From Glaucostegus cemiculus (Eukaryota), in the NCBI GenBank assembly GCA_976551045.1, contig CDPCPM010000301.1, forward strand, positions 1,240,001 to 1,304,000: 64,000 nt of DNA, given 5' to 3'. Each line of letters begins with the position of its first letter. Position 1 is the first letter of the stretch. This document shows positions 12,570 to 25,130 of the stretch, piece after piece. The position numbers and the translations under genes were made by a program. The notes under the pieces are model-generated. The model was not told where the DNA came from. It did no database searches and saw only the letters and a list, made by a program, of their open reading frames with translations.

Positions 12570-15500
12570 CTCAGTGAAAATTGCCCAACACTGAACTCCA
12601 GATTTGATATGAGAATGGATGAAGTCTTCAAGAGAATCATGATGCTGTTCTTTAAAGTACTTCTGCATTACCACATCAGCCTCGTGTGCAGGAAGTTGAG
12701 AATTAGTTAAACGGACCACCGAATCCGGAGTGGCACAATTCAGCAGCACCCATTGTGCTTCATTGAGAATATCCTCCCAGGATCTTTGAGTCTGCTTCAA
12801 CTTTTGTGTTATTTGTAAAACAACAGATGCACATGTGTCAGAGTGATAGCCAACAAACACATCAGATGGATCATATTGCTGCTGTGTACCGGGGACTGAA
12901 ACATTTTTGGATCTGAGTCCTGTGAAACTCTGCACCCACTTTTGCAAGCAACTTACAGTACTCCTTTGATCTCTGTCAAGGACCGTGTTAATATCAAGAT
13001 AATGCTTCTCAAGTCTATTGATCAGTGGAATTGGAAACTCTCTGTAAACTACTTCCTTTTCCTCTATAACTATCAGTCTGAAGTTTGGATGGACTCTACA
13101 TTTGACTCTATGAGTCCCCAGTCCTAAATCCACATATTTCTGTCCTCCAAGGTACACGTAATATTGATTCAATGCATCATACAGACTTTCATAAAGATTT
13201 TGCAGATTTAACAGAACTACCATTTGCCCAGTTTCCATGCAAGTCTTAACACGGTTGATGTTTCTGCAAATCTGAGTATAATCTTGATCTTTGGGAAAAC
13301 TAGACCCAAAGATTATCTCAGGTTGATGTTGATTGGAGAAAAACATTTGCTGAAGTATCTGAAGCGCTGCAAAGTTTTTGGTAAGAATAAGAAGATACCG
13401 ACACTCTGTATCATGAGAATCGGCATATATGTTGAGTTTGATCAGATCCAATGTGTTGATGCTATCGTGAGAAATATCCTTAAGTACAGACTTGAAAAGG
13501 TCCATAACTTTAACATCATCACTTCCACTAAAGTTACGTAGTACAATCTCTGCTAATTGCTCTGGGGTTGGTTCTGCTTTGGAGGCTTTTGAAAGCGAAA
13601 AGACCATTTTTATTAAACTGTAATAGTCACGTAGTCCAAAAAATTCTTTACTTTGTTTACAAATTTTTAGATAAGCTTCTGCAAAGTCCACAAACAAACC
13701 AATCACTGTTTTTTGAATCATAGGATCAGAAGAAGTGATCCCTTTGGCACTTTCAATCAGCTCTTTTTTGTTAGGAACCCCTCGCGATACAAAAATTCCT
13801 CGATTCATTTTGGCAGGATCTAGAGCCCAGTTGGATATTCCAATGAAACCAACTTTTTTGTGTTTAAGAGGGTCATCGTCGATACATCCATCTTCCAAGA
13901 GTGGATGAAGAGCTTTCAGTGGCATTTTTGGAGAATCTTCAGCAAGACCAATTTCATCCAAGACCACAACAGAAACATATTCGTCAAGGTTCTTCCCTTC
14001 TTGGAAGCGAGCACACTGCTTAAATGTATTAATGATTCCTTCAGAGGTGGAATGAGGACTGCACTGAAAAGACACTAAATGGATCTGTTTTAGGTTTTTA
14101 TATAATTCACTGTGAGCTGCTTGTCCCTGCATGGCATCTGCTACAATTGTTTTCGCAAGAGATTTGGAGCTACCAGGCTTTCCAACCAAGAACAGAGGGA
14201 TTTTAAGTTCAATGCAAATGACCATCATGAAAACATTCTCTTTCAATGCAGAATTCTTTGCAATTGTTTCTCGCAGCGGTACATTGCTTAGTAAAAGATC
14301 TTGGAAGAGCTCAAGTTGCTGTAAAAATTTGGAAGGGTTATTATATGGTGAAGGCAGATGATGGCAGATAGCCTTACGATACGAAGCCTTCTTTTCCAAA
14401 CATGCATGATAACAAACTCCAAGGGCCAACACAAAGGGCAAGATGGTGTCATCACTCAATGGAATGGATACCTCCTTACTGACATCATCTTGTAGAAATT
14501 GTTTCAAATTATCCAATAACAAGTTCTGATGGCTGTAAAACCAAACAAACACTTTCATACATCTCTCCACATCTCGAAGGCTTACAAAACTGCACTCATC
14601 TTGCTGGCGTCTCATGAACTTTTGTGAAGCTGACAAAGTATCCACCATGCATTTAATATTGAGAGAGGAAATTGAAATGGACTGAGTCAACCTTTGGACA
14701 ATTTGCTGGATATATATCTTCTCAGTGTGATCATCAAGTTGCCCAAAATCCCACACTAATGGTATCATACTCGGAGGCAAAGCTTGTACACGATAGACAA
14801 GTTGTCTCAAAGGAATGGATCCCAATTTATCTTCTGTTTCAGCTGCTCGGACACGGTAGCCTAACCCAGCTGACTCTAAACGCTTTATCATCTCATCTGT
14901 GTGTTTTCTGTAAGGATTGCATGCTGCAATTATCTGTAAACCTGAATTGGGAGTTAGTGGTATGCCTTCAATCATCTGGTCACAAACGACTTCCTTAATG
15001 CAGCTAACAGCTTCGGTTGTATTGGCTTCATCAAAAAATAGAATGGTATCAAAACCAAAATTCTGCTTGTTGTATATCGCAAGGGCTTCTGCTTCTTTAA
15101 TTTTTGAATAGATTACTTCTGCAGTTGTTCCACCATGCACTTTCACTAGTTTCATGTTCTCTGTGTCAGTACCAACTTTTTGTAACTCACACAAGAATTT
15201 GATCAGCCTTGTCTTGCCACACCCAGTCTCTCCCATGATGATCACAGGAATGCCACATCTAAATCTCATGTGAATGGCAAGAATTTTTAAAATATTATCT
15301 GTGGTCAACTCATATGTTTCATCGGGATCAATTGGCCACTGAATGCCCAATATTGTGCAAAGCTGCTCAATCTTTACACTCCGTGGAAGCTTGTCAAAAT
15401 CAGTATTGAATGGGACCTTTTGTAGCAGCAAACCTTCATATAGCTGATGAGTCATTATATTTGATTTAATAATCTTGCCATTGGATGGGTTAATAGCATC

Positions 15501-16157
15501 AATGCCACCACGCCCATTTTTTTGGAGGTGAAAACCGATGAAAGTCATAGATACATGATCATCATTAAAGAAAATGTAAGGATGTGGTTCAGATTCCCAC
15601 CTTTTTCTTACAAGAAATGGTGCCATGTCATCTTCTGAAATACCATCTAAGTTTGCAGCTGGAATCCCTGGGCTCTGGTCTGAGATGTTGAGAGATGGTG
15701 TTGCAAAATCTTTTGCCATCAAAATCATGAAGTCAACAACAAACTTTTTGAAGCCCTGCAAAGTATCTTGGATAAAGTCAAAGTTACAAAACACGGAAGT
15801 TTCACAGTCCTTCAACTGCAGATTAAGAAACCAGGCAAAATTCCGCAACTCAGACCAAGAAGGATCCATTACCCCACAATAGAACAGAAACATTTGCAAG
15901 CACTCTGCATGGTTGCCTTCAACAGTTCCTTGGTAAATAAAGGTATCCAAGTTTTGATTTTTCTGAAATCTTCTGAGATATTGATATGGTCTTTGAAATG
16001 CTTCACTGTGAAATTCCTTCTCATCCATGAGAGGATCAATACCATTCCATGACGGAGTTTCAGATTTCCTTACTTCTTGTTCAAGTACTTCTTTAGGTGG
16101 TCTACAGTATACTTTCGGGAAGACATCTAGAAAGCTGTGGTTTGGCACTTGTGCACT
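12570..16157 (-). CDS. RNF213: RNF213 giant exon (3588 nt, 1196 codons) encoding the dynein-like AAA+ core
   Basis: ORF 12555..16148. Walker A GETGCGKT (15210-15233) with Walker B ILFFDE; Walker A GKPGSSKS (14160-14183) with Walker B VVVLDE. tttcag acceptor, gtacta donor, phase 0/0. Confidence 0.98.
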
Positions 16158-16781
16158 CTGAAATTTAAAAAAATAACTGAATCAAAACATTATTTCGAAC
16201 TTCAAACCATAGATACCCTTTTGACTTTTCCATCTGCAGGATTTTTAGCTTCTGATAAAATTTTCTATATTTTATAGAAAGATGCCTGAGAAAAAGTATT
16301 TAAATTTATATTTTAAAAGAATGTGGGAAGTTCATGCATTACTGGAAACGTTATGTAAGAAAGAGGACTCCAAGTTTCTGGGGTATTTTAAATTATCTCA
16401 ATGGCAGATGGGACCATTCAAGATGGACACACACCTTCTAAATGGAGCTGGTATCTCAACATGTTGGTTAGTCAGATGGGGATAGCAGGGGTGCAAGGAG
16501 GGAGGAGTTGAGTTTAAACTAATTGAGTTAAGGGTACTTGGATAATATTAGCAAGTACTGATCTGGTGTTTCAGAAGATTTGAAATTGAAGTAGAAATCA
16601 GCCAATGTTATAGAGGTGGATGCAGTTCGCCTTGGTGATGGAGCAAGCATTCGGACAGAAGTTCATTACATAGTTAAATATTACGCATTAATTACAAATG
16701 GTCTTACTTAATCTAAAGAAAGTTACCTGAGAGGGGATGAAGTTTCTGGTAGTGGAGACCTTGCATTTCAATTATACTTAC

Positions 16782-16934
16782 TTGTCTTGTTCGCTTTCTA
16801 GGAAGTCCAGTTCCCTCAATCATTTCTACAATGTACAAATGGCTCTGACTGCACTTCCACATTTTTTCATCGGTGCCATTCAAATATTGTAAGATAAATA
16901 GTTTGAAAAGAAATTCACATAATCCTTTCTGTAC
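16782..16934 (-). CDS. RNF213: RNF213 exon (VQKGLCEFLFKLFILQYL...HLYIVE)
   Basis: ctttcag acceptor, gtaagt donor, 153 nt, phase 0/0. Confidence 0.93.
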
Positions 16935-18308
16935 CTGAAAGAAAAATATTTCAATTACCATGTTAAACCACTTTTCAAAACAAAAATACATATGCTTATG
17001 TAAAAGGTATTTCCTAATGCAAATCAAGGCCATTTGCCTCCCTTCATGGTTATATTCATTAAACCAAGAAGTCAAAAATCTGTTTCTGCAAAATGCTGTT
17101 TTTGCAAAATTACCTACTTCCTGGATTTTTGCAAGCAATAGTAAATGCTGTCACTTTGTTTCTGATTGCAAAAATCAAGGCCAAAATCACTTCTTTTAAT
17201 GCAAGAGCCCCATTCCTGTATTTTCAGCTAATAGAAATGAAAAATATGAATATTTAGGGCTATATGTACAGAATTATAGGGTTTTGCATTCTCTGTTGTG
17301 GTGAAGTTATTGGAATCTATGACCAAGAATAGTTAATGAACACTTGGGGAAACCAAGCCATTGCAGCGGGCAAATGTGGATTCATAAAGTCAGTTCTGTC
17401 TGTCTAATCCAGCAGTTTTCAGAAAATAAGCAATTGCCAAGATCATCTACTACTATTCTAGAAACATATACCATGAAAACTACCTAGCACTTTCAATATA
17501 GTAAAATGACATAATTTCACAGAAGTATCATCACATTAATTTTGGCATCAAGCCACTTAAGTAGATATTGGACAAGTCGGTCCAATAGTACATCAAAGTG
17601 GTAGGTTCCAAGGGATATACTAATGGAAAAGAAAGTTTAGACATTGAACATAGAACAGTACAGCACAGGCCCTTTGGCCCTCAATGTCTGTGCCAACCAT
17701 GATGCCAAATAAAACTAATCCCATCTGCCTGCACATTCTCCATATCCCTCCATTCTCAAATATTCTATCTGCTTTCATCACCACCCCTGGCAGCACGTTC
17801 TAGGCACCTACCACTTTCTGTATAAAGAACCTGCCCTGCACATCTCCCTTAAACATTCCTCCTCTCACCTTAAAGCTATGCCCGCCAGTATTTGACACCT
17901 CTACCCAGGGAAAGAGATTTTGACTATCCACTCTATTTATGCCTCTCATAATTTTATAAACTTCTGTCAGGTCTCCTCTCAGCTTGACACTCCAGAGAAA
18001 ACAATCCAAGTTTGTCCAACCTCTTCTTACAGCTAATATTCTCCAAACCAGGCAGCATCCTGGTGAACCTCCTCTGTACCCTCTACAAAGCCCCACACCC
18101 TTCCTGTAATGTGGTGACCAGAAATGAACACAGGACTCCAAATGTGCCCTAGCCAAAGTTTTATACAGCTGCAACATGACTTTCCAATTCCTATGCTCAA
18201 TGCCCCAACCAATGAAGTCAAGCATGTCATAAGTCTTCTTTACCATCCTGTCTACTTGTGTTGCCACTTTCAGGCAGTTATGGATTTGGACCCTAAGATC
18301 CCTCTGTA

Positions 18309-19772
18309 AACTGGTAAATTTGTTTACTATTGTCACATGTACTGAGTTACAGTGAAAATGCCACTGCATGCCATCCATACAGATCATTTTACTGAGGAAT
18401 ACAGGTGAAAACAAAAACAGGATGCAGAATAAAATGTTACAGTTACAGTGAAACTGCAGTGCAGATAATAAGATGCAAGGCCATAACAAGGTAGATTGTG
18501 AGATCAAGAATCTATCGTATCGTACTAGGGGATCATTCAATAGTCTTATAACAGTGGGATAGAAGCTGTCTTTGAGCCTAGCTTTCAGGCTTTTGCATCT
18601 TTTGCCCGGTGGGAGGGTGGCAAATAGAGAATGTCTAGGGTAGGTGGGGTCTTTGATTATGTTGGCTGCTTTACCAAGGCAGCAAGATGTGTAGACAGTG
18701 TCCATGGGGCGGAGGCTGGTTTCTGATGTGCTGTCCACAACTCTCTGTAATTTCTTGTGATCTTAGGCAGAGCAGTTGCCAATATCAAGCCATGACGTTT
18801 CCTGATAGGATGCTTTCTATGGTGCATCCATAAAAATTGGTGAGGATCAAAGGTGACATGCCAAATTTCTTTAGCCTCCTGAGGAAGTAGAGGCTCTGGT
18901 GCGCTTTCCTGGCCATGACATCTATGTGACTGGACCAAGACAGGTTATTGGTGATGTTCACTCCTTGGAACTTGAAGCTCTCAACCCTCTTGACCTCAGC
19001 ACTATTGATGTAGCCAAGGCAGGCACGGTAGTGTAGCGGTTAACATAATGCTATTACAGTGCCAGCAACCCAGCTTCAATTCCAGCCACTGTCTGTAAGA
19101 AGTTTGTATGTTCTCCCCCTGACTGTGTATATTTCCTCTGGGTGCTCTGGTTTCCTCCCACTTTCCAAAGATGTACAGGTTAGGAAGTTGTGGGCATGCT
19201 ATGTTGGCGCTGGAAGCATGGCAACACTTGCAGGCTGCCCCCAGAACACTCTATGCAAAAGGTGCATTTCATTGTGTGTTTCAAAGTACATGTGACTAAT
19301 AAAGATATCTCATCTTATCTTATGTGCACTCCCCCCCTTCCTGAAGTCAATGACCAGCTCTTTTGTTTTGCTGACATTGAGGGAAAGGTTGTTGTCATGA
19401 CACCATGTCACTAAGCTCCCTATCTCCCTCCTGTACTCTGACATTGTTATTTGAGATTCGGCCCACTACGGTAGTGTGATCTGCAACCTTGAAGAGGGTG
19501 TGAGAGCAGAATCTAGTCACGCAGTTGTGAGTGTATAGGGAGCATAGTAGGGGGCTGAGGATACAGCCTTGTGGGGTACCAACGTTGATGTCAATTGCGG
19601 CAGATGTGTTGCTGCCTATCCTTACTGATTGCGGTCTGTTGGTCAGAAAGTCAAGGATCCAGTTGCAAAGGGAGGTGTTGAGTTCCAAACCTAGGAGTTT
19701 GGAGATGAGTTTGCTTGGACTTGCTTTATAGTATTGAAGTCAGAGCGGTAGTCAATAAACAATAGTCTAATT
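18309..19772 (-). mobile_element. Rex1/Babar-clade LINE, 5'-truncated
   Basis: [53 protein letters not shown]; aligns with 56012-57255. Confidence 0.88.
19021..19323 (+). mobile_element. V-SINE, Rex1-type tail, nested in the Rex1 element
   Basis: Same head and V-domain as the other copies; different 3' half ending gtacatgtgactaataaagat(atctt)n. Confidence 0.85.
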
Positions 19773-20467
19773 GATGCTCTTAAGAGTCCTGTCTTAGTGC
19801 AACACCTCACACTGACCAGGATTAAACTCCATCTACCATTTCTTTGCCCATATCTGCATCTGATCTATATCTTGATGTATCTTTTGATAGCCTTCTCCAT
19901 TTCAGGTGAGGATCCTATCTCTTGGAGTAAGTTAAAAAAAAGTTTTACCTCCCTTTCTCAGTTCTTATGAAGGATGTTTGATCTGACCTGAAACTCCATT
20001 TCCACAGAGGATGCCTGATCTGATGAATGTTTCCAGCATTTTCTAATTTTATAGCAAAGTTACAAATTATTTGCAACAATGGAAGTGCAGAAGTTAGAGA
20101 GTCTTGGTTTGTCACCCCTATAATTTTTCCCCACTATTTCCTAGACTAGAGTATGGTTATTTCACTGTTCTCAAAAAAGTGAAAGGTTAGTTTACTTTAT
20201 TAATATCTACTGTAGATCCAGATTCCAAAACGTATTTACACAGAACATGTCAAAGTTAATTGCAAAAAATTTTGCCAGATAAATTCAGGATCAATAATGA
20301 CAAATGTTTCTTATTTAAATGAGTACATTCACAAAATATTAAGGAATAATTGTTAACAAAATTTTTAGAAGCAGAAAAAGATATTAATATTGTAAATGTG
20401 AGTTTTCTAACTAAAAAATATATCACACTTGGAAACATACAATCACATCACATAAAGCCAAACTTAC

Positions 20468-20658
20468 AGAAGAAGCGATATCAAAGTGAAATATCATGGG
20501 CTTGTTCTCATTTGATGATTTTATACATGAAAAAAGAGCTTGCAGAACTTTATTTTCATCCACCTGTGGTTCTAAGAGATGGATGGTTTTCAACAAGTTA
20601 TCTTCTCCGGTTTGTTCCTTTAATTTTTCATGTAATCTCTTAACATAAAGTGATTTTC
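20468..20658 (-). CDS. RNF213: RNF213 exon (GKSLYVKRLHEKL...IFHFDIASS)
   Basis: ctaaaag acceptor, gtaagt donor, 191 nt, phase 1/0; completes the P-loop SKRAGV-GKS that is split by the intron. Confidence 0.94.
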
Positions 20659-21599
20659 CTTTTAGAGAGAAAAAAAGATGCTTTGAAATAAATCTCAATT
20701 TAAAAGAGAAACAAAGTCTTTCCAGCTGTCGTTACTATCCAATTCAACCCAAAGAAACTGCTAAGAGCTCAACCAAAATCAGGTCATTAGCAATAGCAGG
20801 CTTTGTTATTTTTTTCTTGATTAATGATGTGCTTTATCTAATTATCTAAGCATACTGACACATCTTTACTTCGTATGTAATTGAGCAGAATTCTGTTCCT
20901 CTTTAGTCAAAAATACAGCTCATTTCTTAATATAGTTCTTAATTTTTTTAAATTCACTAGCTTTTTGACACATAAAATGGACTGCATCAGTATACTGTAT
21001 AAATAGATGTCAATAATTCATTGTTTATTTCACACAGTATAGGTAGGTTTTTAGTACACATTCACATGTGCAATGTGTTCAATTCATTCCTTGATATTAT
21101 TTTGGACGTGTTTGCAGAATTCTTGATTTTTATTCTTATCCCGCAAGCTGTAGAAATGGATTGACAAGATAAGAATGGAAACCATCTGTAACGAAAATGT
21201 CCAAGGGCAAAACAGCAATGAACAACAATACTATTCCATTTGCAAAACTTATAAGCATCTTTCAAGAGGTATACTTTAATAGATAATGTAAAATCATATA
21301 TCCCCATAATTCCTATAGACAAAATTTTACTTCTGCTTCAACCACATGCCTTATAAACAGCTTTATGAAAGGATCTATTCATACAAATGAGTTTGTCTTC
21401 TTTCCATAATTACAGCTTATCAGTGTGAATTTTAACTTAGGCCTTATGTTTAAATTATTTGCACTTTCAGGTTACAGATGCACAACTATCAGCAAATTGA
21501 GACTGCCCAAAATCACTACGCTAAAATTTTACAGCTAGCAAAAATAAGAGAAATCTTCAGCATGTTTAATCATATCCCTTTTATTATACAGCAACTTAC

Positions 21600-22752
21600 C
21601 AACACCAGCTCTTTTGGAAGATATGATCCTTACAAACATTCCATCTTTAAAGACAGTGGCTGCTGATGAATCAGTTGAAATTCTGTAATGATTTTCGAGA
21701 TACTTCTGGATTTTTTCTAAAGATTCTTGTGGAATTATATGCACCTTGTGCCGACTAAATGCAGTTGGAATGTAGCAGTGATCCCTCTCACAACTGCATA
21801 ATATCACCAGTTTATAATATGACTGACTTTTCAACTCCAGACTTTTGAACAATTCCTCAAACCTCACACTAACATCATAAGTTAGCTCATCTGCATATAG
21901 TAGAGAATATATCTTGGAATGTGTGCTGCCAGCAGACAGGCACCGCCTCAGGAAAAGTTCGACTTGCTCATATGTAGTTTCAGCTGTGCAAAGAAGTACT
22001 TCATCATAAGCAGGCAACGGCTGATTACTGGAGTACAGGTAAATGCACAAAGCAGATGTAAGCACTTCAGATTGTGGACAAACAACAAGGTTAGGATGAC
22101 CATTCTGAAAACCAGGTGGAAGTGCTCTTGCAATAGTTTGTTTCATGTCAGCAACATTTTCAAGAAGTTTACCAAGGGTGCTGACATCAAGGCAGTTGGG
22201 CAGAAAATAAGTCATATTTTCCATATAATGCTCCCAAATCAAATCCATCTTTGCTTCCGTGGCTAGGTCTTGGACATCTACTTGTCTCAGCATCAGGTCA
22301 GCTAATGGCTGATTTCCTGTGCTTGTATCTCCATCAAAAAGTTTCTGCTGAGCTACTTTTAGGTCTTCGGCAGTACAGTTCGGTTTAATGAAAGACAACA
22401 TCATCAGGACATCTAGACTGGCGCAGTTGCGATCAAATAATTGGGTGCTGAGGTAAACAATTTGTTCAGCTGTGTAGAAATTTAAATAATAATACCGAGA
22501 CCTTTGCTGATCCATATACTGCATCCATATTTCCAGATAGGCTTCCATCTTTTTACAGAGAATGGGAAGTTGCTCGGTGACATTTCCACTAACTTTAATT
22601 ATACTCATTTCCTTTAAATTGAAATCTATTATAATGCAAGCCTCACACTTCCTTGAACAACATACTTCTACTTTCCAGTTCCTAAACAGCATGTTACCAG
22701 CAGAAAACAGACTGATGAAGGATGTTGCAAGTCTTTGGACATTGGCAAATAC
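21600..22752 (-). CDS. RNF213: RNF213 large exon (1153 nt; VFANVQRL...YYLNFYTAEQIVYL...PLPAYDEVLLC...SKRAGV)
   Basis: ORF 21535..22794; gttcag acceptor, gtaagt donor, phase 0/1. Confidence 0.96.
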
Positions 22753-23064
22753 CTGAACACAAAAAAAATCATTATGATTCAATAGTATTGTCATATTTTT
22801 CTGTGTAATGCAGAGCTACTTCAGTTTCAGCATATCCAATTGCTGTGATTTATTTCAAAATCATTATAATTTCATTATAACCTGAAATAATGACAAGCAA
22901 AATTACATGGACATATGCAAAAATATATAACCAGGCCGTAAATGTTACCCTTTCCTTCATTTAAAATTGAGAAGTTTTGGTAACTAGTGCCACTGTATTA
23001 ACAGGAGCTTTCAGCAAAGATACAAGTTAATGCTCAATTTTTATGTTTGGCATCGTGAAGACCA

Positions 23065-23190
23065 CAACATGCTAAGTTGGTGCCAGAAGCGTGGTGACAC
23101 CTGCGGGCTGCCCCCAGAACACTCTACGCAAAAGATGCATTTCACTGTGTGTTTCAATGTACATGTGACGAATAAGGATATCTGATCTGA
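23065..23190 (+). mobile_element. 3' fragment of the Rex1-tailed V-SINE
   Basis: Aligns with 19195-19315. Confidence 0.8.
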
Positions 23191-23389
23191 AGACTTTACT
23201 GCCTCAGTCTAGTGAAATCATACCCATACCGCAATCATTTAAAATGTTATTGTAATATATTAAAAAAAGTCTGGTGGAAAAGATGAGATATGCCACATAT
23301 AAAGGACATTTTCATTCAAGGACTAATGAGTATTTCATTGCTGCACTTGCCCAAATAGAAAAGGTGAATGTTTTAAAATAGCCAGTTAC

Positions 23390-23554
23390 CTCTACAAATC
23401 TGTCCACTTCTTCCCGGCCATGGTCTCCCTTGCCCGACATCAGCATGAGTTTATTCTGCAGTTCTTTCAGGTCTTCAAGAGTGTGACTTCGTACACCCTC
23501 ATTGTCATCATGAGCTTCTGGTAGTTTTAATATGATAGCTGACCCCAAAGAAAG
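23390..23554 (-). CDS. RNF213: RNF213 exon (...LEDLKELQNKLMLMSGKG...EVDRFVE)
   Basis: tacacag acceptor, gtaact donor, 165 nt, phase 0/0. Confidence 0.94.
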
Positions 23555-23889
23555 CTGTGTAAAAAAATGAAAATTATTAAGCACAATCTAGGGAAGATAT
23601 CAGCACTGAGGAGGGGCTGGGCATCATAGAGTCTCCTTGTCATGCACGATCCAGATACTGAGCCCATGGCTATATAAAACTATAATAATGGGAAAACTTC
23701 AGCTGATGCTACCGTTCCATATCTCAGACTCTGCAGAGAGGGGACAGTGCCCTAGGATGCAGAGATTCTGACCTTCTGTGAGAACAAGAGCAGCCACAGT
23801 GATTGCAACAACTTCTGAGGCACTTCATGCTACGTTTCATGGGGAAATCATTTGTCGATGTTGGCTGAACAATTTACCACAATCCCAAG

Positions 23890-24010
23890 ATAGATTTAGA
23901 ACTGGAGATCCATAACTGATGTGATCTTTTCAGTTCTGCGGTTGCTGTAATAGATTTAGAACTGGAGATCCATAACTGATGTGATCTTTTCAGTTCTGCG
24001 GTTGCTGTAA
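23890..24010. repeat. Perfect 60-bp tandem duplication
   Basis: 23891-23950 is identical to 23951-24010. Confidence 0.97.
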
Positions 24011-24169
24011 AGTGCCCTGACAAAGAAATATATTGCCTTTATCAATCTCACCACCCATGACTTCATATATCCAGAGGTGACAGGGGCACACATTCTTATC
24101 TAGACATCCAAGAAGCAAGTTTTACAGGCTAGGGTTCACCAAGACAGTCTTCACCGATGGCAGTACAGT

Positions 24170-24480
24170 GGGGCAGGTATGGCACACTGACACAGCTGCC
24201 ACACAGTTCCAGTGTCCCAGGTTTAATCCTGAACTCTGATGTAAGCTGTAGAAATGTATGGAGTTTGCATATTCTCTCTATGGACATGTGTGTTTCTTCC
24301 CACACCCCAAAGACATGCGGGTTGGTAGATTAATTGGCATCTGAAAATTGCTTCTCGTGTATGAATGAGGAAAACTGGAGGGAATTGATGGAAATATAGT
24401 GACAATAAAAAGATACAAGTGGGTGCTTGATGGATGGTACAGAATCTGTGGGACAAAGGGAGTTTTTGTATGACTCTATT
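24170..24480 (+). mobile_element. Old diverged V-SINE
   Basis: Degenerate tRNA head, ggagtttgcatattctc...cccacaccccaaagacatgcggg, and CR1-like tail tgtatgactctat. Confidence 0.65.
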
Positions 24481-24739
24481 GGTGACCTCCTGCAACTTCA
24501 AGAAACAGTCCACATTGCTTTACCTGTGAAGGCCAAGGTCAGTGTCACTCTCAGCTTCATTTCAGGCTGCTCGTCCATGGCCTGTGTCTCATTCTGTTCC
24601 TCACTGCTGCATTAATGAGCTTATTTAATTATACTCAAAGGCAGAGGATTTCAACAATCTTTCCCTGTGCCCAATGTAAGAGGTGAGAAGGCATGGAGAT
24701 TTGCTACCACTGTAGCAAACTCGTTCTACTCCTTCAGCA

Positions 24740-25130
24740 ACATACACAAAATGCTGGAGGAACTCAATAGGTCAGGCAGCAGCTATGGAGAGAAATAAAC
24801 AGTCAATGCTTTGGGTCAAGACCCTTTATCAGGACTGGAAAAGAAGACAGCAGAAGCGGGAATAAGAAGCTTGGGGTAGGGGGAGGAGTATATGCAAACA
24901 GGTAATAGGCGAGTCCAGGTGAGAGGGGGAAGGTTAGAAGATGGGGTGGGGGAGGGGGAAGAAGCAAGAAGCTGAGAGGTGATAGGTAGAAGTGACAAAG
25001 GGCTGAAGGAGGAGAAATCCGGTAGGAGAGGGTAGTGGACCATGCAATAAAGGGAAGGAGATGGGGAATAGCTAGGTAGGTCATGAGGGTGGAGGAAGGG
25101 ATGGGTAGGACATGAGGGTGGGGGAAAACT
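24740..25130 (-). mobile_element. Penelope-like element 3'/pLTR fragment with degenerate hammerhead core
   Basis: Minus strand reads cagtcCTGATAAagggtcttgacccAAAGcattgactg followed by the conserved ctgcctgacct..tgagttcctccagca block; homologous to 42440-42955. Confidence 0.75.

Larger units (their letters stand above)
17645..19900 (-). mobile_element. CR1 LINE 3' fragment, split by a Rex1 insertion (CR1 parts about 17645-18308 and 19775-19900)
   Basis: LYKTLARAHLESCVHFWSPHY and LRGDLTEVYKIMRG motifs plus CR1 tail; CR1 sequence resumes after 19775. Confidence 0.85.

Noticed and set aside
12942-16052. Plus-strand ORFs overlapping the giant exon
   Set aside because: Antisense shadows of RNF213 coding sequence with no recognisable motifs.
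16727-16781. Alternative donor at 16727 extending the 16782 exon
   Set aside because: It adds 55 nt and breaks the frame with the giant exon; the gtaagt donor at 16781 fits.
17800-18738. 312-aa ORF as a novel gene
   Set aside because: Chance read-through chimera of the Rex1 C-terminus and 3' UTR with a CR1 fragment.
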